Origin: the human T2T-CHM13v2.0 reference genome, Homo sapiens
Assembly (NCBI RefSeq): GCF_009914755.1
Contig: NC_060929.1
Reading direction: 5' to 3' (one strand)
Length of the DNA stretch: 64,000 bases
This document shows positions 12,603 through 28,975 of the stretch, in pieces. The notes under the pieces are model-generated. The model did no database searches. It saw only the letters and a list, made by a program, of their open reading frames with translations, and was not told the DNA's origin. The position numbers and the translations under genes were made by a program. How positions within the stretch are numbered: position 1 is the first letter of the stretch; every line of letters starts with the position of its first letter.

Positions 12603-13297
12603 AATGTAGGTTCATCAGTTGTCATAAATATACCTCTCTCATGCAAGATGTTGATAGTAGGGGAGAGGTTGCACAAGTATAGGGGCAGAGGATACGTGAG
12701 CTCTGAAATTTCTGCTCAATTTTGCTGTGAACCTAAAACTGCTCTAAAAAATGGTCTATTTTCTTAAAAAGATGAGACTGTTGGAGTACTTAAAATGTAT
12801 TACCTCTGGGAAATGGGAAATGAGACACTGATTACCTATTCCAACTGAGACCAATTGCCCAATTGCTTTTTAGATCTGTAAAACAACAGTTGGATTCCTT
12901 GGTTAAACTCACTGTTTCTCATATTTCACATCTTCATCCTGTTATGTTTCACTCTTACTTTGCTGGAGTATATCTTCAGGAACTCAGAAATGGTATATGA
13001 CAGGCAAATTTTCTAAATTCTTTATTTTGTCCCCACAACTGCTTTCACAGTTGAAACAGAAAATGGAAAAGAATGGGACAGGCGACTTTTACCCTTATGA
13101 ACTATATTTAGTAAACCACATCTATGAAGTACTTTGATAAAAATGCAGAATAGAAGGAAAAATTCATCTGGACAAAATGTATTCTACAGTCCATTGGGAA
13201 AATAAAGTTAGATCCACATTTCAGATTTTGTATCAAAATACAATCAAAACAAGTTGAAAGTTTAACTATAAAAAAAGTTAAAAGAACATATACTTAG

Positions 13298-13685
<388 letters not shown>

Positions 13686-13830
13686 CAAGTGCACATTTTT
13701 ATATAAATAAAATATCTTTATATAAATAAAATACACACCAAGCTATTTAACCAGTGGTTAACTCTGGAGAGAACAATGGCAACTGGAGAAAGGGATCAGG
13801 AAGGATCTTCAGTGGAAAGTACCGAAACGG

Positions 13831-13931
13831 CAAAACAGAAAATAATAAATTGGGCTTCACCAACAAAACAGAAAATAAATAAATTGGACTACACCAACAA
13901 ACCAGAAAATAAATAAATTGGGCCTCACCAA
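13831..13931 (+). repeat. Three tandem copies of a 33-34 bp unit
   Basis: CAAAACAGAAAATA(A)ATAAATTGGGCTTCACCAA-like units at 13831, 13864 and 13898. Confidence 0.9.
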
Positions 13932-14790
13932 AGCTAAAAACTTTTGGGCATCAAAAGATACTATGAAGAGAGTGAAAAAGAAACCCACGTGGGAGAATGG
14001 GAGAAAATATTTGCAAATCATATATCTGAAAAAGGACTGATATTCTGAATATATAAGGAACTCCTATAACTGAACAACAGAAAAACAAACAATTCAAAAA
14101 TAGGCAAAGGACTCGAATAGACGTTTTTCCAAGAAGACATAGGAATGAACAATATGAACATGATAAGATATTCAACATCACTAACCACTAGGGAAATGTA
14201 AATAAAAATCATGATGAGATACCACTTCATATCCAACATCTGAAAATAGCAGATATTGGCAAGGATGTGAAGAAATTGGAACTCTATACATTGCAGGTGG
14301 GAATGTAAAATGGTAGAGATGCTGTGGAAAACAGTATGGCAGCTCCTCAAAAAATACACGTGATTCATGTGATTCAACAATTCCACTTCTGGGTATATAC
14401 CCAAGAGAAATGAAAATAGAGGCTAGAACAGATAGCTGTTTACCCATATTTGTAGCAGCATTATTCGTAATAGCCAAAAGATAGAAACAACCCAAATGTC
14501 CATTGGATAAATCAAATATAGTCTGTAAATACAGTGGAATATTATTCAGCCTTAAAAAGTAATGAAATCCTGATATATACTACAACATGTGTGAACTTTG
14601 AAAACATCGTTAAATGAAATAAGCCAGATACAAAAGGACAAATATGATTCTGCTTAATTGAGGTACCTAGAATAGGGAAATTCATAGAGATAGAAGGTAG
14701 AATGGTGATTATCAGGGATTGGAAGAAGGGGAGAATGGAGAGTTATTGTTTAATGGGCATAGAGTCTCAGTCTGAGATTATGAAAATACA
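13831..14790 (+). mobile_element. 5'-truncated L1MB-like element (ORF2 end and 3'UTR)
   Basis: gaatgggagaaaatatttgcaaatcatatatctga..., ...ggagagttattgtttaatgggcatagagt. Confidence 0.8.
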
Positions 14791-15389
14791 GGAGACAGAG
14801 GAACCATTTTAAAAAAAATTTTTAAGGTACATTGTGAGGAAACAATCAGATGAATCCAGAAAGTAAAACATTCCTTAGGAACTGGCCATTCTCTTCAGTA
14901 AGCCAGTGCAAGAAAAAAGGCAGTAAATTAGATTGAAAAAGATTGAAAGGATATTACAGCCAGATAAAATGTCTTGTCCCAGATTAGATACTACTCTGGA
15001 CAAAGCTGCTGTAAAAGGCATCATGGAGACAACTGAGGAAATTTGAATATGAATTAGGAATTCGGGGATATAAAGAAAATATTATTAATTTTTTTCAGGC
15101 ATTATAAGAATACTTTGCCCATGTATGAAAATGTTCTCTTTTTTTAGAAATGCAAACTGTGTTTAGAGGTGAAATGTTCAAAATCTCTGTAATTTACTTT
15201 AAAATAATATACAAAAATATTTTAAAATTGGGATACAATGATAAATAATGTTATGTCATCTAATTCCTAATTCATATTCAAATTTCCTCAATTGTCTCCA
15301 TCATACCTTTTATAGTAGTTTTGTCCAAACCAATATCTAATCTGGGACAAGACATTTTATCTAGTTGTAATATCCTTTAAGTCTGTTTT

Positions 15390-15426
15390 TGAGTTGGTGC
15401 AAAAGTAATTGTGGTTTTTGCCATTA
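15390..15426 (+). mobile_element. Half MADE1 (Hsmar1-derived MITE, single TIR)
   Basis: GTTGGTGCAAAAGTAATTGTGGTTTTTGCCATTA matches the MADE1 TIR; second arm absent. Confidence 0.85.
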
Positions 15427-15536
15427 TAAAGAAACTAAGGGGAATTAGATAGGAGGTGACCAGGGATTGAGTACTATAGATTTGCAATCTCTGAGAAAGT
15501 GACATTTGAGCTGAGATATTAAGTGATTGCCAGCTA

Positions 15537-15985
15537 TGTCAGTTCAGGTCCTCCAAGGTCTAGATGACAAGACAGGATTAGTTTTAAAATAGATCAGAAA
15601 ACACCTGTGAAGGATACAAGCAAGAGAAGGCAGGAGAGTCTTCAAACCACAATGCAGTTCTGGCACCTGGGAAAGGAGAGCAGGAAAGAAAGAGGATTGG
15701 ATAGGAAGATTTTCAAGAGTGCAGCACAGTTGTGAGAAAGTCTCAGGCCAATGGGAGCCCCAAAGTAGAAACTGCCTATCAGAGGAGTCCTGCCTTGGGC
15801 AAGAATGGCCCAGCTGTGGTGTCCCTACTGACCATCCCATCGATACTGCTCAGTCGTTGGCTGGATGCAGTTAGCCTCAGTATGAATGCTGATGTGGGTC
15901 ACAAGTCACGGCCACTAGAGAGTGCTAACTCTGCTCCTCACAGCAGGTTCTCTTGAAGGGAAATCTGAGCGGCATACCTTCATAG
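15537..15985 (-). mobile_element. ERVL-class LTR (LTR41-like) inserted in an L2
   Basis: tgtcagttcaggtcctccaag... terminus; L2 sequence on both sides. Confidence 0.55.
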
Positions 15986-15989
15986 CTAT

Positions 15990-16810
15990 CCTTCCAGCCT
16001 TGCAAAGATCTGGAGGGAGAGTCTATCAAGAGGAGGAAATGGCAAAGGCAAAGTCCCTAAAATATAGGAAAATTGTTGGTATATTTGAGGAAAAGAGAAA
16101 ACTGAGTAAGTTTGCAGCATAATGAGAGTGGCAAACTGGCACAAGAAGTCAGATTGATAAGCAGAGACGTCGTCATATGGAGCTGAAAAGACTATGATGA
16201 GGGGGTAAATTTTATTCCAAGTATAATGGAAATCCATCAACCAGTTGTTTTAAGCAGTGACTTATTATGATCTGATTTAGGTTTTAGATTCAAACTTCCT
16301 AAAACATTAATCTGTATTTATAGCATCCATTTCTTCATATTTCATTTTCTCCCAACCCACAGCAAGTTTGATATTCATCCTCACCTCTCTATTGAAAATG
16401 CTTTTACTAGGTTACCAAAAGCTTGTTAATTGCTAAGTTCAATTGCTTCTTTCTAATTCCCATCCTAGTTGTCTCCTGGGTCACATCTACACTTAGCCAC
16501 TCACTCCTTAAAATTTCTCTCATGGCTGCTTTTCACTACTCCTTTCTAATTTCCTTCTATGGCTTTTTAAAATCCATTCCCTAAATTTTTTTATTCTCAA
16601 TTATATCTTTAATACTTTCCTGTTATCCCAAGGCACCCTCACCTGCTAAATTTCACCTACATGCTGATGACTCCAAAATTTCTTTTTTTTTTTTACCTCT
16701 AGCCCTCTATTCACACTCTTCAAACCTAGATTTTCATATGTGAGTCATTCATTTCCACCTCAGAGCATAATATACCAAAACAAAAATCATTACCGTCCTT
16801 AAGAATGCTT
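15990..16810. mobile_element. L2 fragments in opposite orientations (minus ~15990-16290, plus ~16330-16810)
   Basis: ggcaaaggcaaagtccct..., ttttaagcagtga...tgatctgattt; tgctgatgactccaaaatt...tctagccct. Confidence 0.55.
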
Positions 16811-16816
16811 CTTATG

Positions 16817-17155
<339 letters not shown>

Positions 17156-17899
17156 TCACCAGTCACGCAGTTCACATAACTTCTTGAAATAACATTTACC
17201 TCCTCACTTATGGTCAAAGTATAATTTTCAAAATTTAAAGATATGACTGTCGTATAATTATAGAATGAATAGGTTTCAAATGTCTGTCTCTTTAATGAGA
17301 TAACAAGCATGATGGTAAAGCTGGCTTATAGAAAAATTAGGGAAACAGTATACATAGCGAGTCACAAAAGATACGTTTAAAGTTATAAGCTGAAATAAGT
17401 TTGCTAAATTACAATGTCATACAAGTTAATGTTCTATAGGTCAAAATAAACTATAGCCTTTGGAGTTATGTTCTCTGCTAGATAAAAATGATTTGCTTCT
17501 CTATAGGGCAAAAATCTACAAGTTAACTTTTTACACAGTATTAGTTCTAATAAATGGCATATAAATCAAACAAAGGTATATCTCTTGGAGAATAAAATAA
17601 TCATTGGGTAGATCTATTAAGCAATGCTCCAGGATGACACACAGTCATTCTTTGGCCTTATTTCCAAGTTCTGGATATTATTTTCTCATACTTGCTGTTG
17701 ATCTTAAATAGCCATTATGTGGTGATGGAGCTATATTTTAAAGACAAATCTGCCTGACTTCAATGCCTATGTTTTTCCTCACAAAGAATGTGAGTTGCTG
17801 GCTAATGCAAATCCATGCATAAGATGAGATGTAAGGACTGAGAAGAGGCCTCTGCTTTTCAAAATCAGTAGGACACAGTGATTAAAAGAGTACGGCATT

Positions 17900-19549
<1,650 letters not shown>

Positions 19550-20552
19550 AGCAAAGGAAAATGTCAGCAGAGTGAACAGACAACCTACAGAATGGGATAA
19601 AAATTTTTCAACTATGCATTTGACAGAAGTCTAATATCTAGCATCCATAAGGAACTTAAATTTACAAAAAAAAACCCATTGAAAGTGGGGCAAGGACATA
19701 AACAGACAAAAGATGACATATATGCGGCCAACAAGCATATGGAGAAAAAGCTCAACATCACTAATCATTAGAGAAATGCAAATCAAAACAACAAAGAGCT
19801 ACCATATCTCACCAGTCAGAATGGCTACTATTAAAAAGTCAAAAACCAGCAGATGCTGTTGAGGTTGCAGAGAAAAAGGAACGCTTATACACTGTTAGTA
19901 GGAGTGTAAATTAGTTCAACCATTGTGGCAGTGTGGCAATTCCTCAAAGACCTAAAAACAAATATTATATGACCCAGCAATCCCAAGGAATATAAATCAT
20001 ACTATTATGAAGACACATGCACACATATGTCCATTGCAGCACTATTCACAATAGCAAAGGCATAGAATCAACCCAAATGCCCATCGATGGTAGACTAGAT
20101 AAAGAAAATGTGGTACACACACCCCATGAAATACTATACTATATACCCCATGAAATACTATATACCTCATGAGATACTACGCAGCTAAGAAAGAATGAGA
20201 TCATGTCCTTTGCAGGGACATGAATGGAGCTGGAGGCCATTATCCTTAGTGAACTGACAGAGGAACTGAAAACCAAAAACCAAATACATATAAGTGACAT
20301 GTACTCACTTATAAGTAGGAGCTACATGATGAAACACATGGACACATAGAGGGGAACAACACTGAGGCCTGTCAGAGGGTGGAGGTTAGAGGAGGGAGAT
20401 GACTGGAAAAAATGGCTAATGGGTACTAGGTTTAATACCTGGGTGATGAAATAATCTATACAACAAACCTCCATTACACAAATTTACCTATATAATAAAC
20501 CTGTACATATACCCCTTAACTTAAAATAAAAGTTAAATAAAAATAAATAAAT
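19550..20552 (+). mobile_element. 5'-truncated older L1PA (about L1PA10-16) inserted in the L1M
   Basis: ORF2 end and 3'UTR with A-rich tail; degenerate TSD taagattagtgcactt / taaggtttagcacactt. Confidence 0.85.
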
Positions 20553-20986
20553 AAGGTTTAGCACACTTTATGCATTTTACTAGATATGTTATCCATCAAA
20601 AAGTCTTAGTTTTTCATGGGGCCTTGGGTTGCAAGTTTTGTAGAACCAGAGAAAATAGTCTAGATTATAAAGGATCGATGAATAATGATGTAATGAAAAT
20701 TAACTTCGGTTTCAAGAAATTTCACTTGAAGAGAAAGGAGAAAATTAAGGAAGTAATAAAAGACATCAACAAGTCAAAGAAAAATGTTTTCAAAATTCCT
20801 TTAGAATTGGGAATGACTATGAGGGAGAAGAAGCCAGTGGAGAAGTGTAAGTTGAAGATGGGAACGGAGAGAAGAGAAAGTTGGTATCTTTGAGTTAGAA
20901 ATGGAAGAGTTACCTAAAAAATGAGAAGGAAGCTATCTACCTTATCAACTAGAGCAAAGGAAGAGAGTAGGTGAAGAAACATAGAG

Positions 20987-21145
20987 ACTATGCATCTGAC
21001 AAAGGTCTAATATCCAGCATCTATAAGGAACTTAAATTTGCAAGAAAAAGACAACCCCATTAAAAAGTGGGCAAAGGACATGAACAGATGCTTTTCAAAA
21101 GAAGATATACTTTTCAAAAGAAGACACCTTTCAAAAGAAGACATA
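20987..21145 (+). mobile_element. Tailless internal L1PA ORF2 fragment ending in a triplicated 17-19-mer
   Basis: actatgcatctgacaaaggtctaatatccagc...; (CTTTTCAAAAGAAGA..)x3 at 21091-21145. Confidence 0.85.
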
Positions 21146-21264
21146 ATTTAGGGACTTTTACTGTACCTGGCCTCAACCTTCTTACTAAAATGGGAAGTAA
21201 GAACATCTACTAAAATTCAAGAGGTGTAGGGAAAAGAGGACTGGAGGTAGAGAGCTTGATGAAG

Positions 21265-21425
21265 TAGCTATGTCATTATCTGTGAAATCCTAGGCAAGTT
21301 ACTTTGCTTTTTGAGTTTCCTGACTCATATGATGGAAATAACATTCACCTCACAGAGTTGCTATGAAGATGTAATGAGCTAATGTCTACAAAGTGTCCGT
21401 ATAAGGAAAACAGTGAATATTAGTT
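21265..21425 (+). mobile_element. MIR
   Basis: ggcaagttactt...gagtttcct...cacctcacagagttgctatgaagat core. Confidence 0.7.
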
Positions 21426-24319
21426 CCCCTTTTAAAGGAGCAGAGATGCTGAAAATTACCCTTCCTGAATAGTTTGGTGAAAACAACGAATAACCTGGAG
21501 TCAGCCTAAAAAAGACCCAACAGAGAAGGATACAGAATCTAGTGCAAAGCACTTCCCTAACATTTGTGAAGGACAGTGCAAATGAAGGCCAAAATACCTT
21601 ATGTCTAAATATTTAAAACTTATAAATCAAGCTAGCAAAGTATTCAGTAAAAGATGTTCTGTCCTCCTCCTTTAATAAATATAGCTTAGAAATGACTTGA
21701 AGTCCAGTTTCAAAGTTAGAATCTCCAGATTCCTTGGGGTTTCACACTGAGTCTTGGTGATGTGAGAAGAGCCAGAACAACTCTGCCTTCTTCCGCCTCT
21801 GTCCCACACTGAAAGGGGTCTCCAGTGTATGTGTGAGGATACTCCAGCCTGAGAATCCAAGCTCTGTTCTCACCGTTGGCATCCTTGGGTCATTCTTCGG
21901 CTTAGGGTTATACACTCCTATGGCATGGTCTTTGCCTTACAAAAGCCCTAGCAGCAAGCTCAGAGCCATTTGGGCAGAAAATTCTGAGGGTCCGAGTACT
22001 TGGAGCTTTCTCTGGAAAGGAGCACTGTGGGCTTTGGGTTGGTATATCTCATTAGGCCCTGGAGGCTCCTCACCTCATAGTGGAGTGGTGTGGCTGAAGA
22101 AGAGCCAGTGTGGCTCCAAAGCATGGGCCCCTGAGCAGGGGCCTCTCATGCCCAGAGCCAAGGGCTATGTAGCTAGTCACGTTTAAGTCTAAGATTACTC
22201 ACACTTCGCGTCCCAACAGTAAATGCAGGGAAACTCCAGTACTACTGACTAGAAAGAGCAAAAGACTCAAGACCAGAATATGCTAAAAAATAGAATGAAA
22301 ATGAAGTACAACCTATAAATCTTTATTAAGAAGCTCTTTTCTACTTAAAAAGTAAGCAATGTAGCCTTCTGAGTTATTCTGACGAATTGAAAACTTCCCT
22401 ATAAAGTATTGTGTAAAACTGAAAATGATATCTTAATCTCAGATATACTCTGCAAATCAGGATACTTTATAGCTAGCAGTGACCTGAAAATGCTTTGTGA
22501 GCCTTGGCTGGAGAAAAAGAAATTTTCTACCCTCTATTCTTTGTCTGGCTTTATATTTCTTAAAATCAAGCAAGTTGTATTTATATATGCATATTTGTAG
22601 ATTCATAGGATGTCTGTGAACTCAAATGGTGTTCTTATTACAACAATCAGAAACAAAGAATTTTGCATTTTTTGACAAATTCTCATTAGTAAAGAGGCAC
22701 TAAACATGCTAGTGAATACAACATAGAGGAGAATATTCATCAGATTATTTTTAGCTACCACCTACATACACCATCATGGCAACATCAAGAGCAGGAGGGA
22801 AATAATGATTCTTTTAGTTTAATAAACCATGATGTTTCTGAAAATTTCCTCTTTCCTTTCCAAATCAGGGCATCTAATTATATAAATTATTACTGTGGCA
22901 ACAGATTAGATACCAGAAGAAAGAGAAAGAGTTGGGGGAAGAATGAAGGAAGGAAGGGAGGGTGAAGGAGAGAAAGAGAAGGTGGGAGGGAGGGAAAACT
23001 AGGCTATGAAACAAACAAGAAATAATCATTAAAAGAAGAAAAAAAGTATTTTTACTAAGAGTAGAATGTGGGAACTGGTAACTAGAAGAAAAAGGAAACA
23101 CTGAAAAAATGTATTTAGGATTCAAACCAGTCAGTATCAGAATAAAGTAAAGGTAAACTTTGTGAATGTTGGTAAAAGATGCCACAAATCACAGTAGTAG
23201 GTTGCAAAAGATAGGATGAGGAAATATATACATATATTTTGAAACTATGTAATAAACCCTGCAAGTAAGATTCAATAGAATATAAGATACTGTGTAAATA
23301 AGAAGATACAAAGATTACATATTTTTTATAACATATACATTATATATTGTTACACATAATATGTGTTTATATTACAACTATTTGAGAAGACAGCTCACAT
23401 AAAAAGATATACAAATCCTTTTTAAACATAGAGCTCAAACAACATCTCTAAAAATAAGATGAAAACAAACTACTTTGAGATAAAAATTTTTACCCAATGA
23501 ATTTGCAAAGACCTAGGTTTGGTAATACAAATTTGCTATGAAAAGTGTAGCAGGACAAAACTTTCTTAAATATTGTAGGTGGTTAAATCATTTGGGGCAA
23601 CTTTTTTGTAAAGCCTTGGAAACAGTATGTATCAAAATTTAAAATGCACATACCCTTTGAACTAGCATTTATACTTCTCAGAAATTATCCTTTAGATATA
23701 CCTGTACTTGTACAGACAGTATGTACAAAGCTATTCATGTAGATTATAAGAGGAAAAGATTGGAAAAAGACTTGAATGTTCATTAATATAAGGCAGGTTA
23801 AATATATTCATTTACATTCATATTGTGCAATTATTATGCACCTGGTAAAAGGAATAAGGTAAATCTGTAGGCACTAATATGCAGTATGTTTGAAATATAT
23901 CATTAAGTGAAATAAAAAAAAGTGCAGTGTATATAACATACTATCATTTGAGTTAGAAAACAGTAATAAAAAGGGGTTGGGGCAACTTCATATTGTCAAT
24001 GCTTTTCAGCCAAAGATCCCCAGAAGTACTTACAGTTAAACAAGTTGGGTTTAATATTTTGTGCTGCAAGGGAGAAAGCAGGGAATTTGTGTGATATCTC
24101 AGCGAAAATATGTAAAAAGAACATAATAAGGATTTGGCTTTGGTTTGGGTTTATGGAAGTAAGGGCAATTTCATGATTGAATATCTTAAATTTTATCTAC
24201 AGGGAGGAAAGACTATAGGAGGACAAAGCTATAATTGGGTAAAGTTAAAATCTCCCCACTTGGCCTTCACTGGTATGAGTGAGGATGGGGCCATAGTTTT
24301 GGTGTTTGGCAGCAGTAAG

Positions 24320-24662
24320 TTTGTTATTTTTCTATGAAGTTTTCTGTCTTGCTAGACTGCCTTTATCCTGGTCCTTTGACTCGACGGAGCCGACTTTTGC
24401 TGGGACATTTTTTTTGTCTGTGCCCATTGGCATTTCCAGGTTGCCAGCTTTGCAATTACCATCTGTGACATGTAAAGGGAAAACAAAGAGTAAGGAACTC
24501 ACTGTCATGTCATTCTTCAGATCCTGAAGTTCTCTCACCTCTTTTGCCTTCTCTTTACTAATCAGAATCTTCATATGTTTGTTTTATATATTATGCCCAG
24601 GGTTTTTTTGTAGTACCGGGAAAAGTATATCTATTGCATCTTCCTGGAAATGGAAGTCCTCC
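24320..24662 (-). mobile_element. Old L1M 5'-end fragment
   Basis: ...gcatcttcctggaaatggaagtcc terminus resembles antisense L1M 5' ends. Confidence 0.5.
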
Positions 24663-24949
24663 TGGATATACTTTTGTTTGGTTTGAATTTTTTGTCATAA
24701 GCATGAATGCCATAGATTATTACATGCTTTTCTAGGACTGATAATTGTTCAATCTTAATGAAGAGAATAATGGAATAAAGTTGGGGTAAGTAAAGCTGCT
24801 TAATTCAGTTGATCAGGAAAGGCCCCTCTACAATACTTGAGCTGAGATCAGAATCTAGGCTTGTGAAGAACTGAAGAGCAGAGGAAGGGTAAAAGCAAAA
24901 GTCCTGAAGTAAGAACAAGCAAAGCACAATCCAGGACAGAGTGCTAGTG

Positions 24950-25540
24950 TCAGTGAAATGCTGGAGCTAACTTGTGTCAGCTCAGAAGAGCCAATTGTTA
25001 AAACTTCAGGAATTTTGTGAGCTGGTACACAATTATTATTAAAAATTAAATTATATAAACTTATAATTAAATATTTGAAACTCAAAAGCAATAAATAATC
25101 AAAAATTTACCATTTTTGAATTATTTTACATTTTCTTATTATCTATGTTTTTGAAATTATTTATACCTAATACACACACACATTGTGGAAATACTATATA
25201 ATACCGCACTGCTCTGCATCTTCAGTGACCTTATATTGATGTATTTAAGTTAGTGAGAGTATTTACACCTCAGATACTGGCAAATGCTACAAATCAGGGC
25301 TTAATTTGTTGTTTTTCCAACTGTCTAGATTTAAGAACATGATGAAGAAAATGTTAACAATACAGATTAAACTTAAAAGTATGTGAAGTTAGTAACCATT
25401 ACATTATGCATAGCATGAATAAATAAGGAAATAGCCTTCCAGTATTTAAAAACTATCATTTGATTCAGCCAAGAAGTCACTCAGATCATCGATAAAGGCA
25501 TTAAATTTCAACATATGTCTTCATTGTTTTACTTTTATCT
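24950..25540. mobile_element. MER63-like hAT-Blackjack DNA transposon fragment
   Basis: cagtg...gctggagct...gagccaattgttaaaacttcaggaattttgtgagctggt...attattaaaaattaaattatataaactta. Confidence 0.7.
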
Positions 25541-26117
25541 TACTTATGGAGGAAGGAGAAAGAGGGGAGCAGGAAAGAATAGCACTTGTAAAAATAAAGC
25601 AAAAATTTATAGACATTATCACTGCTTGCCTTATTTATTGTATCTCTGTCAGATGGCCATCTGTAACTGTAAGGGAGTCTTTGAACATGCATTTTAAACA
25701 TTGCTGCCTCTAACTAAATAATGATTCTGTTAATAAGGAAGGAGAAGAAAGTAGTTGGCTAGAAAAGTAGACAAGGCAGATGAGGCAAGAATGGAAGCAC
25801 AGAAACCAGTAGAGGCTATTCTAGTGGCCCAGAATACAGAAGATGTAGGCTTATACTAAGGCGGGGGTCATGGGAATGGAGAAGACTGAACAGATTCGAA
25901 GTAGTATTTGGAGACTGAATGAATAAAACAAGATTGGAGGAGGCTGGGGAAGGAAGAATTAATAACTTTCTTAGGTTTGGGGTTAGAGCAACTAGGTGGA
26001 TGGTGGTGCCATTTACAGAGATGAAAAAGACTGGAAGGAAAGTATGGGTGCAGAAATGGGGAATTTGTTTGAACTTAGAGACAGCAACTTTCAGATGCCT
26101 TTTAAAAATCTATGTGG

Positions 26118-26462
<345 letters not shown>

Positions 26463-26583
26463 TTATAAGAGTCTAGAGCTTCAGAGAAAAGTGAAATCTA
26501 GGAATAAATTTGAATCATCAATATTTAAATAATATTTAAAGTAACGTAACTAGACAAAATCAACTAGGAAAAGTGTGTCTGTT

Positions 26584-26616
26584 ATATATATGTTTATATA
26601 TATGTCTATATATGTA

Positions 26617-26658
<42 letters not shown>
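26584..26658. repeat. (TA)n/(TG)n microsatellite
   Basis: Direct reading. Confidence 0.95.
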
Positions 26659-26661
<3 letters not shown>

Positions 26662-26733
26662 CAAAACCAAAGCTAGCATATTGTAAGAGGTATGACCAAT
26701 GTAGTAGAAAGAAAACCAGGAGAAAAAAAGAAA

Positions 26734-27031
26734 ATATATATGATGTATACACACACACACACGCATATATATATGTATATATATGTGTATATATGTGTAT
26801 ATATGTATATATATATGTGTATATATGTATATATGTGTATATATGTATATATGTGTGTATATATGTATATATGTGTGTGTATATATATGTGTGTGTATAT
26901 ATGTGTGTATATATGTATATATGTGTATATATGTATATATGTGTATATATATTTGTATATATGTATATATGTGTATATATGTGTATATATATGTGTATAT
27001 ATGTGTGTATATATATGTGTATATATATGTG

Positions 27032-27064
<33 letters not shown>
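26734..27064. repeat. Compound (CA)n-(TATATG/TATATGTG)n-(GA)n microsatellite, ~330 bp
   Basis: Direct reading. Confidence 0.95.
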
Positions 27065-27775
27065 TTCAAGACCAAAGCTAGCAGTTTGTTAAGTGGTATG
27101 ATCAATGTAGAAGAAAAAAAAAAAAACAGGAGAAAACCGGTCATGCTGAAAACCATATAGGAGAAACTGGTCAACTCAGCTGGGCTTGACAAAATTGGTA
27201 ACCTCAGCAAAAGCACATTTTGTGAAATGTTGGTATTGGCAGCCAGAATGAATTAATTAAAAATAGTCACAGCATTTCTATTATCAACCAAGACTTATGC
27301 AAAACGTATTCTAAAATTTTTTTCTAATTGTGAGAACTCTAAGGTGGAAACCATTTTAAAACTCACAAGTTTACCTGGCAATTGGAGACTGAATTCCTTC
27401 CTTTAAACTGACGCTATTATGAGTCTATCCCTTGCTGATTGCCCCTTTCCCCATTTATTATTTATAGCAAAGCTTGCATACTTATGGCCTGATGGCCAGA
27501 ATGTGCCCACATATTTTGTTCAAGCTGTGTAGTACTGGCTTATGCAGAATTTTTAAATTTTTAAATCTTGGAAAGAAAAGAACCCTCATCTTTGTAGGAT
27601 ACATATTACTAGTCAGTCTCTCCTGCTTGCCCTCTACCTCCCCATCATCATTAATAATCTTTCCACAGCATTATTTTCTTTCTCACACATTCCTTAAAAA
27701 GCTGTTTAACTATTGAAGTATTTACAAGTGAGATGATGTGATGTCTTTAGCAGGCTTCAAAATAATGCAGTGTCA

Positions 27776-28316
<541 letters not shown>

Positions 28317-28689
28317 TCAAGAAGTTAAAACTCGGAGGCTGAGGGGAGAAGAGTGTGCACTGGCAGAAGGAGAGATGGCACAAAGGTATTTAAAGGTATG
28401 CCATGTTGATACAGAAGGCCAGATTGCAGTATGGTTGCAGCAGAGCAGGAACAAACATTCGTGGAGTACTTTGTGTTAACTTCTATGTACTGTGTTTTAC
28501 AGGATTTTTCTCATTTACTGTTCACATACATCCTATGAGGTTGATATCATAGGCAAGAAAGCTCTGATACTCAAACAAGTTAAATTATCTGCCTTGGGTC
28601 ACAAAGCTGGTGTAGGATAACTTTTGGAAAAGCAATCTCACTGGAAAAGCCAGACTGCAATTTGCTGAGGAAAACTTGTGGACCAGAGA

Positions 28690-28975
28690 CCAGGGGTCAC
28701 CTACAAGCTAAATAAAATGTATGGAAAGTATGCTTAAAATGTTTCATTTTGTTGCTAACATTTAAAAATCAGGAACAAAGACTTTAGATTTCTGACTTTT
28801 CTTTAAGAACTGAGAATCTATCCACATGGGTGCTGTACCACCTCACAGCCAAGGCACTGCTGCCCCCTTTAGGTGGGACTTACGCTCTCCTTTCTGTGGG
28901 AGTTCCTCCACTCATTATTGCAAATGTACTGCTTCACTTTACGCATTACGGCCTACATAGGTATTTGAATTCATT
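28690..28975. mobile_element. MER102-like hAT-Charlie element
   Basis: taacatttaaaaatcagga...gatttctgacttttct...ctgctgccccctttag. Confidence 0.55.

Noticed and set aside
13831-13931. CRISPR-like array of ~34-bp repeats
   Set aside because: No spacers, the unit is L1-derived, the context is eukaryotic and there are no cas genes
26560-27216. 118-218 aa Tyr/Ile/Cys/Val-rich ORFs
   Set aside because: Translations of a stop-free TA/TG microsatellite
28856-28877. CTCF-like CTGCTGCCCCCTTTAGGTGG
   Set aside because: Spacing is off by several bases and it is part of a MER102-like repeat
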